In this document: positions 20,307 through 29,918 of the stretch, in pieces
Numbering within the stretch: the first letter of the stretch is position 1
Layout of the letters: every line of letters starts with the position of its first letter
Assembly: GCA_963712745.1 (NCBI GenBank)
Contig: CAVQJC010000006.1
Span: 96,001-160,000 of the forward strand
DNA from: an uncultured Chloroflexia bacterium
GTDB lineage: Bacteria > Chloroflexota > Limnocylindria > Limnocylindrales > CSP1-4
Direction of reading: 5' to 3'
DNA length: 64,000 bases
Made by a program: the position numbers and the translations under genes
The notes under the pieces: generated by a model
What the model was told of the DNA's origin: nothing
Database searches by the model: none
Seen by the model: only the letters and a program-made list of their open reading frames with translations

Positions 20307-21794
20307 CTAGCTGGCCATCACCCGTGCCACCGCCGCGTCGATGTCCGCCCGTGACGGCAGCGGCCGGTCGCCGTGGCAGCGTTTGAACTTGCGACCACTC
20401 CCGCAGGTGCAGGCGTCATTGCGCCCGCGCGCGGCGTCCTCGGCGCCGTAGGCGTACATGATCTCGGCCGCCGCCCGCCCGGAACGCAGCAGCGTGCCCA
20501 TCGCCTGCATCGCCGGCATGACGTGCCCAAAGAACAGCTTGTAGCCGGGACAGAGGTAGTTGAGCCCGGGCTCGCCGTAGGGGTCGTCGCGGAACCGGTC
20601 CTTAGGGCAGCCTCCGTGGCACACCGAGCGCACGTCGCACTCGCGGCAGAAGCGCGGCAGCCTGTCGCGCTTGTCCAGGCCGAAGATCTCCATCTGCGGC
20701 GAGGCCACGAGCTCGGCCATGTGCGTCTCGTGGATGTTGCCCAGCTTGTAAGCCGGCTCCACGAAGTGGTCGCAGGTGTAGAGGTCGCCGTTGTGCTCGA
20801 GGGCCGGGCCGCGGCCACAGGTCTCGGCGTGGATGCACAGACCGGGCGGCGCGCCCACCACGTTGGCCAGCGTGACGTCGAACATCTGGACGTAGACGGA
20901 GCCCACGTCGCGCCGGACCCACTCCTCGAAGACATCGACGAGGAAACGGCCGTACTGCTCCGAGCCGATCGAGCGACTGGTGACCAGGTCCCCCTTCTGC
21001 TCGTAGAGCGGCCGAGCCTTGTTGCTGTCGCCCCAGCCTGCCTCGGCGATCTCGATGAGCTCGGGCGTGGCCCGCTCGATGATGGGGATGAACTGGACGA
21101 AGCGAGCCCCCACCTCGTCGCGGAAGAAGCGGTAGACCTCCTTGCCGCGGTCACCGTTGACAGCGTGGACGGTGCAAAGGATGTTGAACTCCGCTCCGGC
21201 GTCGGTCAGCAGGCGCGCCGCGCGCATGACCTTCGCGTGGGTGCCCGCCCCGCCCTTGTCGACGCGCTGCGCGTCGTGGATGTCGGCAGGGCCGTCCATC
21301 GACAGGCCGATGAGGAAGTTGTGCTCGGCGAAGAAGGCCGCCCACTCCTCGTCGAGCTTGGTGCCGTTGGTCTGGAGCGTGTGCTCGATGATCTGGCCGG
21401 GCCTGCGGTACTTCTCCACCAGCTTCATCGTGTCGCGGTAGAAGTCGAGGCCCATGAGCGAAGGCTCGCCTCCCTGCCAGGCCACGGTCACACGCTCGCT
21501 GCGGTGACCCTCGATCAACTGCCGGATGTACTGCTCGTGCGTCTCATCGGTCATCCGGAACTTGCTGCCCGGATAGAGCGCCTCCTTGGACAGGAAGAAG
21601 CAGTAGGTGCAATCGAGGTTGCAGATCGCGCCGGTAGGCTTGGTCAGGACGTGGAAGTTGGCTGGGGCGCTCGCCGGCAGGTCCGGTAGCACCGGCAGCA
21701 TTCGGGTCCCGACTCCTCCGTCCGTGCCCCCATCGGTCGACTGTGGCGGGCCTGTCACCACATCCTCGCGGGTGAAGGTACGGGTAGGGTCCAT
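20307..21794 (-). CDS. Anaerobic sulfatase maturase (radical SAM/SPASM) with C-terminal SEC-C motif
   Basis: KPTGAICNLDCTYCFFL, WQGGEP, QTNGT, GLSMDGP, SPASM Cys set (LCIHAETCG, YTCDHF, CRECDVRSVCHGGCPKDR, YLC), GRNDACTCGSGRKFKRCHG; start chosen from TAGTCT -10 seven nt upstream. Confidence 0.92.
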   Translation of the reverse strand: MDPTRTFTREDVVTGPPQSTDGGTDGGVGTRMLPVLPDLPASAPANFHVLTKPTGAICNLDCTYCFFLSKEALYPGSKFRMTDETHEQYIRQLIEGHRSERVTVAWQGGEPSLMGLDFYRDTMKLVEKYRRPGQIIEHTLQTNGTKLDEEWAAFFAEHNFLIGLSMDGPADIHDAQRVDKGGAGTHAKVMRAARLLTDAGAEFNILCTVHAVNGDRGKEVYRFFRDEVGARFVQFIPIIERATPELIEIAEAGWGDSNKARPLYEQKGDLVTSRSIGSEQYGRFLVDVFEEWVRRDVGSVYVQMFDVTLANVVGAPPGLCIHAETCGRGPALEHNGDLYTCDHFVEPAYKLGNIHETHMAELVASPQMEIFGLDKRDRLPRFCRECDVRSVCHGGCPKDRFRDDPYGEPGLNYLCPGYKLFFGHVMPAMQAMGTLLRSGRAAAEIMYAYGAEDAARGRNDACTCGSGRKFKRCHGDRPLPSRADIDAAVARVMAS

Positions 21795-21860
21795 GCAGCA
21801 GAGACTACAGGCCGCGTACGCTTGCGGCACTCACACGACTTGCCGAGGAGCCAACAGCGC

Positions 21861-22772
21861 ATGAGCCAGTCCAAGCTCCCGTCCTGGCGCACGGGACACA
21901 CGCGCGAGGCCATCGAGATCTTCCTCGATGCAGCCGAGATGCTGCCCATCGAGCAGCGGGTGGCGGTCTTCGATGTCGACGGCACGCTGTGGTGCGAGAA
22001 GCCGCGGTACTCGATGGTCGAGTTCCTCGTGGCGGAGCTGAGGCGGTTCGTGGCTGCCAGACCGGAGCTCGCCGGCAAGCCGGAGTACCGTGCCGCTATG
22101 GAGTGGGATCGCGAGGCCATCGGCCGGCTGGGCCTGATCAACGTGCTGGTCGCACTGGTCGAACCCCACACGGGCATCACGCCCGAGGTGTACGAGGCGC
22201 GCGTTCGCGAGCACTTCGCGAGCGCGTCACACCCCGACCGCGGCGTGCCTCTGTCACAAACACGCTATCGCCCCATGCTGGAGCTCATCGGTGAGCTTCG
22301 GGCACGCCACTTCGGCGTCTTTCTGGTGACCGGGACTGGCACCGAGTTCATCCGCGCCGTGAGCCACGACTTCTTCGGCGTCACGCCCGAAGGGGTCGTC
22401 GGCTCCCAGGTCGGCTACGAGCTGGACCGCAGCGAGGGCAGACCACGGCTCCTGCGCACGAGGGAGCTGGTCGGCGACCCCAACGAGGGCCCGGCCAAGA
22501 TCGCCAACATCCAGCGCCTGCTAGGACGGCGGCCCATCCTGGCTGCGGGCAACTCAGCCGGCGACAGGGAGATGCTCGAATACGTCGCGGCCTTCGAGGG
22601 ACCCTCGCTGGCCCTGCTCGTGGACCACGACGACGCTGAGCGTGAATACGCCTACCAGTCGGTGGCCGGGACGCCCGCCCCGTCAGGGCCGATGGCGACC
22701 ACGGCTCTCGAAATGGATTGGACCGTGGTCTCGATGGAGCGCGACTGGGAGACGGTCTACGCCGCTACCTAG
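21861..22772 (+). CDS. HAD-family hydrolase (acid phosphatase-like, often sulfatase-associated)
   Basis: GAGGAG RBS; LPSW, AVFDVDGTLWCEKP, GRRPILAAGNSAGDREML, HDDAEREYAY. Confidence 0.87.
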   Translation: MSQSKLPSWRTGHTREAIEIFLDAAEMLPIEQRVAVFDVDGTLWCEKPRYSMVEFLVAELRRFVAARPELAGKPEYRAAMEWDREAIGRLGLINVLVALVEPHTGITPEVYEARVREHFASASHPDRGVPLSQTRYRPMLELIGELRARHFGVFLVTGTGTEFIRAVSHDFFGVTPEGVVGSQVGYELDRSEGRPRLLRTRELVGDPNEGPAKIANIQRLLGRRPILAAGNSAGDREMLEYVAAFEGPSLALLVDHDDAEREYAYQSVAGTPAPSGPMATTALEMDWTVVSMERDWETVYAAT

Positions 22773-22832
22773 ACTCGGGCGTGACGAAGCCGCCGACGAT
22801 CGACCCGCCAGCGGCTCTCTGTTTCCTGATCC

Positions 22833-23657
22833 CTAGACAGGCTCGGGGATGGGCACGGCCTCCTCGATGGCCTTGATCCGCTTCTCGTGGTCGGCCAGTG
22901 TCTTCTCGGCCGCCTTGACGCGATCACGCAGCTTGGCCACGGCCTTGTCGACGGCGGCAACTGCGGCCGTGTTGTCGGCGATGGCCTTCTCAGCCGCTGT
23001 GAGGCGCTTCTCGACCTTGTTGAAGTTGACCTTGCCGAGCTTCTGCTCGTTCTTGGCCACACCCTCTTCGACGGCCGACACACGCTTGTCGAACTTCTTG
23101 ACGTTGATCGAATTGGCAGCCTCGGAGAGCGCGGCGACATCGGCCGTGGCCTGGTCGATCTGCGCCTGCAGACTGGCCAACTCCTCCGCTAGAGCCTCGA
23201 TGTCGGTGGCCGTGATCTCGACGGGCTGCTCGCGATATGTGAGTGTCACCGTGCCGTCGGCGTCGGAGAGCGAGAAGGCGCCCTCTTCGTCGATCGTCCA
23301 GCCCGCGGTCGACTGCAACAGCGGAAGGTATGCATCCTCGACCGACTGGACTGGCTCTTCGCAGAGCTTCTGCGTCACGCCGAACGGCTGGGGGAAGGTC
23401 AACGAGGTCGCGTCGATCTCGTAGCCACCGAAGTAGGAGTTGCAGCCAGCACTGCCAGTGGCCTGGCCACTGTCGAGGATCAGCGTGACCTCGACCCCTT
23501 CGGGCACGGCCTCGCCAGCGAGGGTCGCAAGCTGCCAGGGCATGCCCTCGGCGGGATACGGCACCGCCTCCTCTTCCTGTGCCGCCACGATGCCAGGCAG
23601 CGCGCCCAGCACGAGCGACGCGCTCAAGGCACCGGCAATCAGCTGTCGCCTATTCAT
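22833..23657 (-). CDS. Exported META (HslJ-like) domain protein with C-terminal coiled coil
   Basis: Signal peptide ending AAQ; GSAGCNSYFGGY, TQKLC, VEDAYL (META); long heptad region ending DHEKRIKAIEE. Confidence 0.8.
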   Translation of the reverse strand: MNRRQLIAGALSASLVLGALPGIVAAQEEEAVPYPAEGMPWQLATLAGEAVPEGVEVTLILDSGQATGSAGCNSYFGGYEIDATSLTFPQPFGVTQKLCEEPVQSVEDAYLPLLQSTAGWTIDEEGAFSLSDADGTVTLTYREQPVEITATDIEALAEELASLQAQIDQATADVAALSEAANSINVKKFDKRVSAVEEGVAKNEQKLGKVNFNKVEKRLTAAEKAIADNTAAVAAVDKAVAKLRDRVKAAEKTLADHEKRIKAIEEAVPIPEPV

Positions 23658-23784
23658 GAGGTGGGATCCTCCCGTTCTCGTTCGGCCGGACTGGGGCTCG
23701 GCATCTGTCTCGCTGCATTCTCCCACCTTGCTCCGGTTCACTCCGGGCCCTGAAGGTCCCGACGCCCCGCGCTACGCTGATGAC

Positions 23785-24768
23785 ATGCAGTACCGACGAC
23801 TTGGCAAGACCGGATACGAGATCAGCACCGTCAGTTTCGGTGCCTGGGCCATCGGAGCCGACTGGGGGGACGTCGATGATTCGGAGTCCCTGGCCGCCCT
23901 CCACGCCGCCGCCGACGCCGGCGTCAACTTCATCGACACCGCCGACGTCTACGGCGACGGCCGCAGCGAGCGGCTCATCAGCCGCTTCCGCAAGGAACGG
24001 GCCGGGGAGCGCATCTACGTGGCCACCAAGATGGGCCGCCGCGTGGAGCAGAAGGTCGAGAACTACACGCCCGAGGCCTTCGTGGCCTGGACGACGCGAT
24101 CGCGCGACAACCTCGACACCGAGACGCTGGACCTGGTGCAGCTGCACTGCCCACCGACCGACCTCTTCTATCACCCCGAGCTCTTCGCGGCCATCGATGA
24201 GCTGAAGGCTGACGGGGTCATGGCCCACTACGGCGTCAGCGTGGAGAAGGTGGAGGAGGCGGTCAAGGCCATGGAGTACCCGGGCGTGGCCAGCGTGCAG
24301 ATCATCTTCAACATGGTCCGCCAGCGTCCGGCCGACCGCTTCCTCGGCGAAGCCCAGGCCAGCGACGTGGGCGTCGTCGCGCGCGTGCCGCTGGCCTCCG
24401 GGCTGCTGACGGGCAAGTACGACGCGGCCTCGACCTTCGCCGAGAACGATCACCGCAACTACAACCGCCACGGCGCCGCCTTCGACGTGGGTGAGACCTT
24501 CGCAGGCCTCGACTACGAGACCGGCCTGGAGTTCGTGGCAGCCCTGCAGGAACTCGTGCCGGAAGGTGCGACCACGGCGCAGCTGGCGCTGCGCTGGATC
24601 CTGATGCACGACGGCGTGACCGCGGCCATCCCGGGAGCCAAGTCGCCCGAGCAGGCGCGGGCCAACGCCGCGGCGGCAGACCTGGCGCCGCTGCCTGAAG
24701 ACGTCATGGCCCGTATCAGCGACCTCTACGAGCAGCTGGCCAAGCCGCTCGTGCACCAGCGCTGGTAG
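23785..24768 (+). CDS. Aldo/keto reductase
   Basis: MQYRRLGKTG, FIDTADVYGDGRSE, LDLVQLHCPP, RVPLASGLLTGK, IPGAK. Confidence 0.93.
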   Translation: MQYRRLGKTGYEISTVSFGAWAIGADWGDVDDSESLAALHAAADAGVNFIDTADVYGDGRSERLISRFRKERAGERIYVATKMGRRVEQKVENYTPEAFVAWTTRSRDNLDTETLDLVQLHCPPTDLFYHPELFAAIDELKADGVMAHYGVSVEKVEEAVKAMEYPGVASVQIIFNMVRQRPADRFLGEAQASDVGVVARVPLASGLLTGKYDAASTFAENDHRNYNRHGAAFDVGETFAGLDYETGLEFVAALQELVPEGATTAQLALRWILMHDGVTAAIPGAKSPEQARANAAAADLAPLPEDVMARISDLYEQLAKPLVHQRW

Positions 24769-24839
24769 CCGGCCCGGGCGTGTAGGCTTGAGAGTGGCCT
24801 CAACGACATGCCCACCCAGACTCGCCCGTAGGAAGAACC

Positions 24840-26510
24840 GTGTCCGCGCACGCCCCTGAAGCCTCGCTTCAAGAGCTCGACCCCGCACTTGCTCTACCGC
24901 ACCGCCGCAAGATGGAGATCCTCTTCGCGGTGCTGCTGGTGGTCTTCCTCTCTGCCCTGGACCAGACCATCGTGGGTGTCGCGCTGCCCCGCATCGTGGG
25001 TGACCTGGGTGGCACCAACGAGCTCTACACCTGGGTCATCACCAGCTACCTGCTGACGGCCACCATCACGGGCGTCTTCTACGGCAAGCTCAGCGACATC
25101 TACGGACGTCGACTGATGCTGCTCTTCGGCGTCAGCGTCTTCCTGCTCGGCTCTGCCCTCTGTGGCCTGTCCTGGAACATCGAGTCGCTGGTCATCTTCC
25201 GCGGCATCCAGGGCATCGGCGCGGGCGCCATCTTCCCCATCTCGCTGGCCATCATCGGTGACCTCTTCGGTCCCCGCGAGCGAGGTCGCTACCAGGGCCT
25301 CTTCGGCGCCGTCTTCGGCATCGCCTCCGTGCTGGGCCCGCTCATCGGCGGCTGGCTCACCGACGGCTTCGGCTGGCACTGGATCTTCTTCGTCAACCTG
25401 CCCCTCGGCCTGGTCACGCTGGGCATCATCTATCGCCTGCTGCCGTCGGTCCACGGCGAACCGCCGACGCGCAACCTCGACTACCGCGGCGCGGTCGTCT
25501 TCGCGGTCGCCGTGACCTTCCTGCTGCTGGGGCTGACCAACAAGCAGTCGGGCGACTGGGCCGATGTCGGCGTCGGTGGCTTCCTGCTCATCGCCGCCCT
25601 CCTGACCCCGCTCTTCGTGTGGATCGAATCGCGCGCCGCCGAGCCCATCGTTCCGCTGGAGCTCTTCCGGGTCCGCAACTACTCGGTCACCATCGTGGCC
25701 ACGTTCCTGGCGGCTATCGCCTTCTTCGGCGCCATCGTGTTCCTGCCGCGCTGGTTCCAGTTCGTGGCCGAGGTCAGTCCCACCGAGTCGGGCCTGTACC
25801 TGCTGCCGCTGATGAGCGGCGTCATCATCAGCTCCGTCGGGGGCGGCATCATCGTGAGCAAGACCGGCCGCTACAAGTGGCTGGTGACAGGCGCCTTCCT
25901 CGTCCTCGCCATCGGGCTCTTCCTCTCGACCGGGTTGAGTGCGACCACGTCCCTGCCGGTACTGTGGGCATGGATGTTCGTGGCCGGTCTGGGCGTCGGC
26001 CCGTCACTCTCGGTCTTCACCATCGTCATCCAGGCCTCGGTGCCGTTCAGCCGCCTGGGTGTGGCCACCGGCAACCTCACCTTCTTCCGCCAGGTCGGCG
26101 CCTCGGTCGGCCTGGCCCTGGTGGGTACGATCTTCGCCGACAGCTTCGTGGGGCGATTGCGGCCGGAGCTCGTCGCGGCCGGCGTGCCTGAGACGACCGT
26201 CGGCATGGTCGAGCAGTTCTCGACGTCCAGCGGCGGCGATCTGACGCAGGTCGGCGCGGTCTCTCTGGCCGAGCAGCTGGCACAGGTGCCGCCGCTGGCG
26301 GGCATCGTGGACGAGATCGTGGCCGGCGTATACCAGGCCTTCTCGCTGGCCGTCGCAGATACCTTCTGGGTCGGGTTCGTCGTGACGCTCGTGGCCATGG
26401 CCGTGACCGCCATCGGGCTCAGGGACCTGCCCATCAGGTCGTTCGGTGGATCCGGCGAGGAAGTCGCCGGGCAGGCGGCCGGCGAGGCGCTGGGCGAAGT
26501 CATCGGCTAG
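24840..26510 (+). CDS. DHA2-family MFS drug efflux transporter
   Basis: [43 protein letters not shown]; about 14 TM helices. Confidence 0.92.
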   Translation: MSAHAPEASLQELDPALALPHRRKMEILFAVLLVVFLSALDQTIVGVALPRIVGDLGGTNELYTWVITSYLLTATITGVFYGKLSDIYGRRLMLLFGVSVFLLGSALCGLSWNIESLVIFRGIQGIGAGAIFPISLAIIGDLFGPRERGRYQGLFGAVFGIASVLGPLIGGWLTDGFGWHWIFFVNLPLGLVTLGIIYRLLPSVHGEPPTRNLDYRGAVVFAVAVTFLLLGLTNKQSGDWADVGVGGFLLIAALLTPLFVWIESRAAEPIVPLELFRVRNYSVTIVATFLAAIAFFGAIVFLPRWFQFVAEVSPTESGLYLLPLMSGVIISSVGGGIIVSKTGRYKWLVTGAFLVLAIGLFLSTGLSATTSLPVLWAWMFVAGLGVGPSLSVFTIVIQASVPFSRLGVATGNLTFFRQVGASVGLALVGTIFADSFVGRLRPELVAAGVPETTVGMVEQFSTSSGGDLTQVGAVSLAEQLAQVPPLAGIVDEIVAGVYQAFSLAVADTFWVGFVVTLVAMAVTAIGLRDLPIRSFGGSGEEVAGQAAGEALGEVIG

Positions 26511-26548
26511 GTGGACCAAGGACACAGGGCGACGATGGAGGACAGACG

Positions 26549-27436
26549 GTGAAGGTTGGACTGATCTCGCCACAGGGCTGGAAGATGGAGTACGAGGGCT
26601 GGGACCCGGCCGCGGCCTGGGCCCGCACGGTGGAGCTGGCCGTTCAGGCAGAGGAGCTGGGCTTCGAGTCGCTGTGGGTCTTCGACCATTTCACCACCGT
26701 GCCCGACCCCACCGACGAGATGACGCTCGAGTCGTTCTCGCAGCTGTCGGCCCTGGCCATGGCCACCGAGCGCGTACGCCTGGGCCACATGGTCATCTGC
26801 ACCGCCTTCCGCAATCCGGCCCTGACAGCGAAGCTGGCCTCCACCATCGACGTCATCAGCGGCGGCCGCTTCGAGGTCGGCATCGGGGCCGGCTGGAAGA
26901 AGGACGAGTGGCTGGCCTACGGCTACGGCTTCCCGCCCATCGGCGAGCGCATCAGCACTTTCGAGGAGCACCTCGAGGTCATCACCCGGATGCTGGCGCC
27001 CGGTCACGCGACCTACGAGGGCGAGCGGGTGCACGTGCGCGATGCCATCAACGAGCCACGCGGCATCCAGGCGCACATCCCGCTCATCGTCGGCGGCAAC
27101 GGCCCCAAGCGGACGGCGGGCCTGGCGGTGAGGTTCGCCGATGAGCTGAACTTCGTCTTCAAGCCGCCTGAGTGGGTCGAGCGACGCATGGCCGAGGTGC
27201 GCGTCATGTGCGAGGAGGCGGGGCGCGACCCGGCGACCCTGCGTTTCTCGGTCTACACGCTCGATGAGGACTTCGGTCATGCCGGCCAGGCACGCGTCGA
27301 TCAGGTCGCCGGCTTCGCCGAGATCGGCCTTGACCGCATCGTCTGCTTCCCCACCAAGTACGACCCCAGCCTCGAGGCACAGGCTGCGTTCGCCGCGGAC
27401 GTCCAGACCGCGGGCGTGGCGCTCGAGGGCCCGTAG
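26549..27436 (+). CDS. Luciferase-like (LLM) oxidoreductase, probably F420-dependent
   Basis: GFESLWVFDHF, FRNPALTAK, SGGRFEVGIGAGW, IVGGNG. Confidence 0.87.
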   Translation: MKVGLISPQGWKMEYEGWDPAAAWARTVELAVQAEELGFESLWVFDHFTTVPDPTDEMTLESFSQLSALAMATERVRLGHMVICTAFRNPALTAKLASTIDVISGGRFEVGIGAGWKKDEWLAYGYGFPPIGERISTFEEHLEVITRMLAPGHATYEGERVHVRDAINEPRGIQAHIPLIVGGNGPKRTAGLAVRFADELNFVFKPPEWVERRMAEVRVMCEEAGRDPATLRFSVYTLDEDFGHAGQARVDQVAGFAEIGLDRIVCFPTKYDPSLEAQAAFAADVQTAGVALEGP

Positions 27437-27460
27437 TCGGCCATAGCGGGGCCGGCCCTA

Positions 27461-27524
27461 CCGGACTCGCTCAGGCGGCCGGACTCGCTCAGGCGGCCGG
27501 ACTCGCTCAGGCGGCCGGACTCGC
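27461..27524. repeat. 18-bp tandem repeat, 3.5 copies (CCGGACTCGCTCAGGCGG)
   Basis: Exact units at 27461, 27479 and 27497, plus a 10-nt partial at 27515. Confidence 0.95.
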
Positions 27525-28358
27525 CGCCGGCCCCGGCTCGGGCTCCATGTCCGGGATCAGGAGCAGGGCGCCGATGAAGAAGCAGATGGCGCCGATGTAC
27601 GTGCCCGCGTTGACCACGTCCACGTTCAGCAGCTCTCCGGTGGAGGGCAGGACGAAGGCCGCTACGGCCGCGAAGCCGAACGCGACGGAGCCGATCATGT
27701 TGAGCCAGGCGATGGCGGGTCCGAGGCGGGTGGTCGCGACACCTCCGAAGCGTCGATGTGTCTCCATGATCACGAGCGCACTCGCGACCAGGAAGCAGGC
27801 CGAGCCGATCATGTCCGGGGCCCACACCAGCTTCTCCTCCTGCCTGGTCGAGAGATCGCCCAGGGCCGCGAGAGTACTGAGGTTGAAGTTGAGGGTACCG
27901 ATGAACTGGATGGCCGCGGCCCACCAGCCGATGGACAGGGATCTGACCCCGAACCAGCGCCGAGTCCGTCCGCGGCCCTCGAGGTCGTCGCCCTCGTTGG
28001 TGGCCTCGAAATACTGCAGATACGCGGCCGAGGTGAAGAAGATCGAGCCGATGAAGAAGATGGGCCCGACCGCCGCACCCAGTAGCGTTGCGGTGGCCGG
28101 GAAGGCTCCCAGGAAGAAGCAGGCGGAGCCGATCATGAAGAGGAGCGCGATCCACCAACCCCGGCGACGCGGCGCCCACCACTCGGTACCTCGTACGGTG
28201 TCCCGTGCGGCTGGGTCACTCAGGCCGTAGCCCTTGCGATGGCGCCACGCCGAGAACTCGACCTCGGTGCCATCGGCACGCCGCAGCCGACGCCCCGTGA
28301 CGAAGGGCCCGATGCGCTGCTGCTCGATCTCCTCGTAGACCAGTCCGCCCTCTGCCAT
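27507..28358 (-). CDS. YrhK-like repeat membrane protein
   Basis: Six hydrophobic segments with recurring IG(S/T/A)xxF motif; starts 8 nt after the gad stop. Confidence 0.7.
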   Translation of the reverse strand: MAEGGLVYEEIEQQRIGPFVTGRRLRRADGTEVEFSAWRHRKGYGLSDPAARDTVRGTEWWAPRRRGWWIALLFMIGSACFFLGAFPATATLLGAAVGPIFFIGSIFFTSAAYLQYFEATNEGDDLEGRGRTRRWFGVRSLSIGWWAAAIQFIGTLNFNLSTLAALGDLSTRQEEKLVWAPDMIGSACFLVASALVIMETHRRFGGVATTRLGPAIAWLNMIGSVAFGFAAVAAFVLPSTGELLNVDVVNAGTYIGAICFFIGALLLIPDMEPEPGPAASPAA

Positions 28359-28366
28359 GTGGGGGC

Positions 28367-29749
28367 TCAGTGGGCGAACCCGGAGCGTTCGGCGGACTTG
28401 AGCGGCGGATCCTCCTGCAGGTCCGCGGCCGCCTGCTGGAGGTGCTCGATCAACGACTTGCCGATGTCGTAGGTGAAGCCCTCGCGCACGACGATACGCA
28501 GGACGGCCACGTCGGTGGCGTTCTCGGGCATGGTGTAGGCAGGCACCTGCCAGCCGTGATAGCGCAGGCGATCGGACACGTCATAGGCGGTGAAGGGGAG
28601 ATCGTCAGCCACGGTGAACGAGACCACCGGGACATCGGTGCCGTCGCTGACGATGGAGAACGGCCCGATCTCGGCGATGCGGGCCGAGACCTCCAGGGCG
28701 ATGCCCTGCAGGGTCTTCATGACCCTGGTGTAGCCAGACCGCCCGAGGCGGATGAAGTTGTAGTACTGACCGATGACCTGGTTGCCGGGCCTACTGAAGT
28801 TGAGGGTGAAGGTGGGCATGTCGCCACCGAGGTAGTTGACGTGGAAGATGAGCTCCTTGGGCAGATGCTCGGCTCCGCGCCAGACGACGAACCCGATGCC
28901 CGGGTAGACGAGGCCGTACTTGTGGCCTGAGACGTTGATGGAGACGATGTTGGGCAGGCGGAAGTCCCACTCCAGGTCGGGCTGGAGGAAAGGCGCCACG
29001 AAGCCGCCCGAGGCTGCGTCGACGTGGACCGGCGTCTCGAGGCCGGTGGCCTCGTTGTTGGCCACCACCGCGTCGTGGATCTCCTTGATGGGCTCGAACT
29101 GGCCGGTGTAGGTCGTACCGAGGATGGCGATCACGCCGATGGTGTTCTCATCGACCGCGGCGACCGCGGCCTCGGGGGTGATGACGTAGCGGCCCTTCTC
29201 CACGGGCACGTAGCGTGCCTCCACGTCCCAGTAGCGGCAGAACTTCTCCCACACCACCTGCACGTTGGAGCCGAGGACCATGTTGGGCCGGGTGGCGTCT
29301 GCGCCGGCCGCCTCGCGTCGCTGACGCCAGCTCCACTTCATGGCCAGGCCGGCGAGCATGACCGCCTCTGACGAGCCGATGGTGGAGACGCCGATGGCGT
29401 CGCCTTCGGTGGGCGCGTTGAAGAGGTCAGCCACGATGTTGACGCAGCGCCGCTCGATCTCAGCGGTGGCCGGATACTCGTCCTTGTCGATCATGTTCTT
29501 GTCGAAGGCTTCGGCCATCAGCTTCTCCGCCTGGGGCTCCATCCAGGTCGTCACGAAGGTGGCCAGGTTGAGGCGGGCATTGCCATCGAGCATGAGCTCG
29601 TCATGGATGAGCCGCTCCACTGTCTCTGGGGCGGCGCCGTCGTCCGGCAGGCGATACTTGGGCATCGGCGCCACGTCCATGCGGTGTGTGTACGCCGGGG
29701 CGATGATCTCCAGCGCGAGCTCCTGCCCACTGATCTTCTTGATGACCAT
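28367..29749 (-). CDS. gadB: Glutamate decarboxylase
   Basis: LDGNARLNLATFVTTWME, KNMIDKDEYP, HVDAASGGF, NVSGHKYGLVYPG, FTLNFSRPG; GGAGG RBS. Confidence 0.95.
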   Translation of the reverse strand: MVIKKISGQELALEIIAPAYTHRMDVAPMPKYRLPDDGAAPETVERLIHDELMLDGNARLNLATFVTTWMEPQAEKLMAEAFDKNMIDKDEYPATAEIERRCVNIVADLFNAPTEGDAIGVSTIGSSEAVMLAGLAMKWSWRQRREAAGADATRPNMVLGSNVQVVWEKFCRYWDVEARYVPVEKGRYVITPEAAVAAVDENTIGVIAILGTTYTGQFEPIKEIHDAVVANNEATGLETPVHVDAASGGFVAPFLQPDLEWDFRLPNIVSINVSGHKYGLVYPGIGFVVWRGAEHLPKELIFHVNYLGGDMPTFTLNFSRPGNQVIGQYYNFIRLGRSGYTRVMKTLQGIALEVSARIAEIGPFSIVSDGTDVPVVSFTVADDLPFTAYDVSDRLRYHGWQVPAYTMPENATDVAVLRIVVREGFTYDIGKSLIEHLQQAAADLQEDPPLKSAERSGFAH

Positions 29750-29918
29750 GCGAACGCCTCCATCTCATGTCGATGCGCCACCGCGCGAAATCCTGGATCG
29801 ACCGAGCTCCCGCCACCGCTGCCGCAACCACCGTCCGACGCGACTCGATCTCAAGTCATCATGCCATCCGCACGATGCGATCGATGCCATTCTCCATGCT
29901 TGGCGCAGACCGCGTTGG

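Noticed and set aside
20307-21794. RiPP-modifying radical SAM/SPASM cluster
   Set aside because: The motifs match the anaerobic sulfatase maturase subfamily, and there is no precursor peptide, RRE domain or peptidase nearby.
27461-27524. Possible CRISPR array
   Set aside because: The 18-bp units are contiguous with no spacers, and there are no cas genes.
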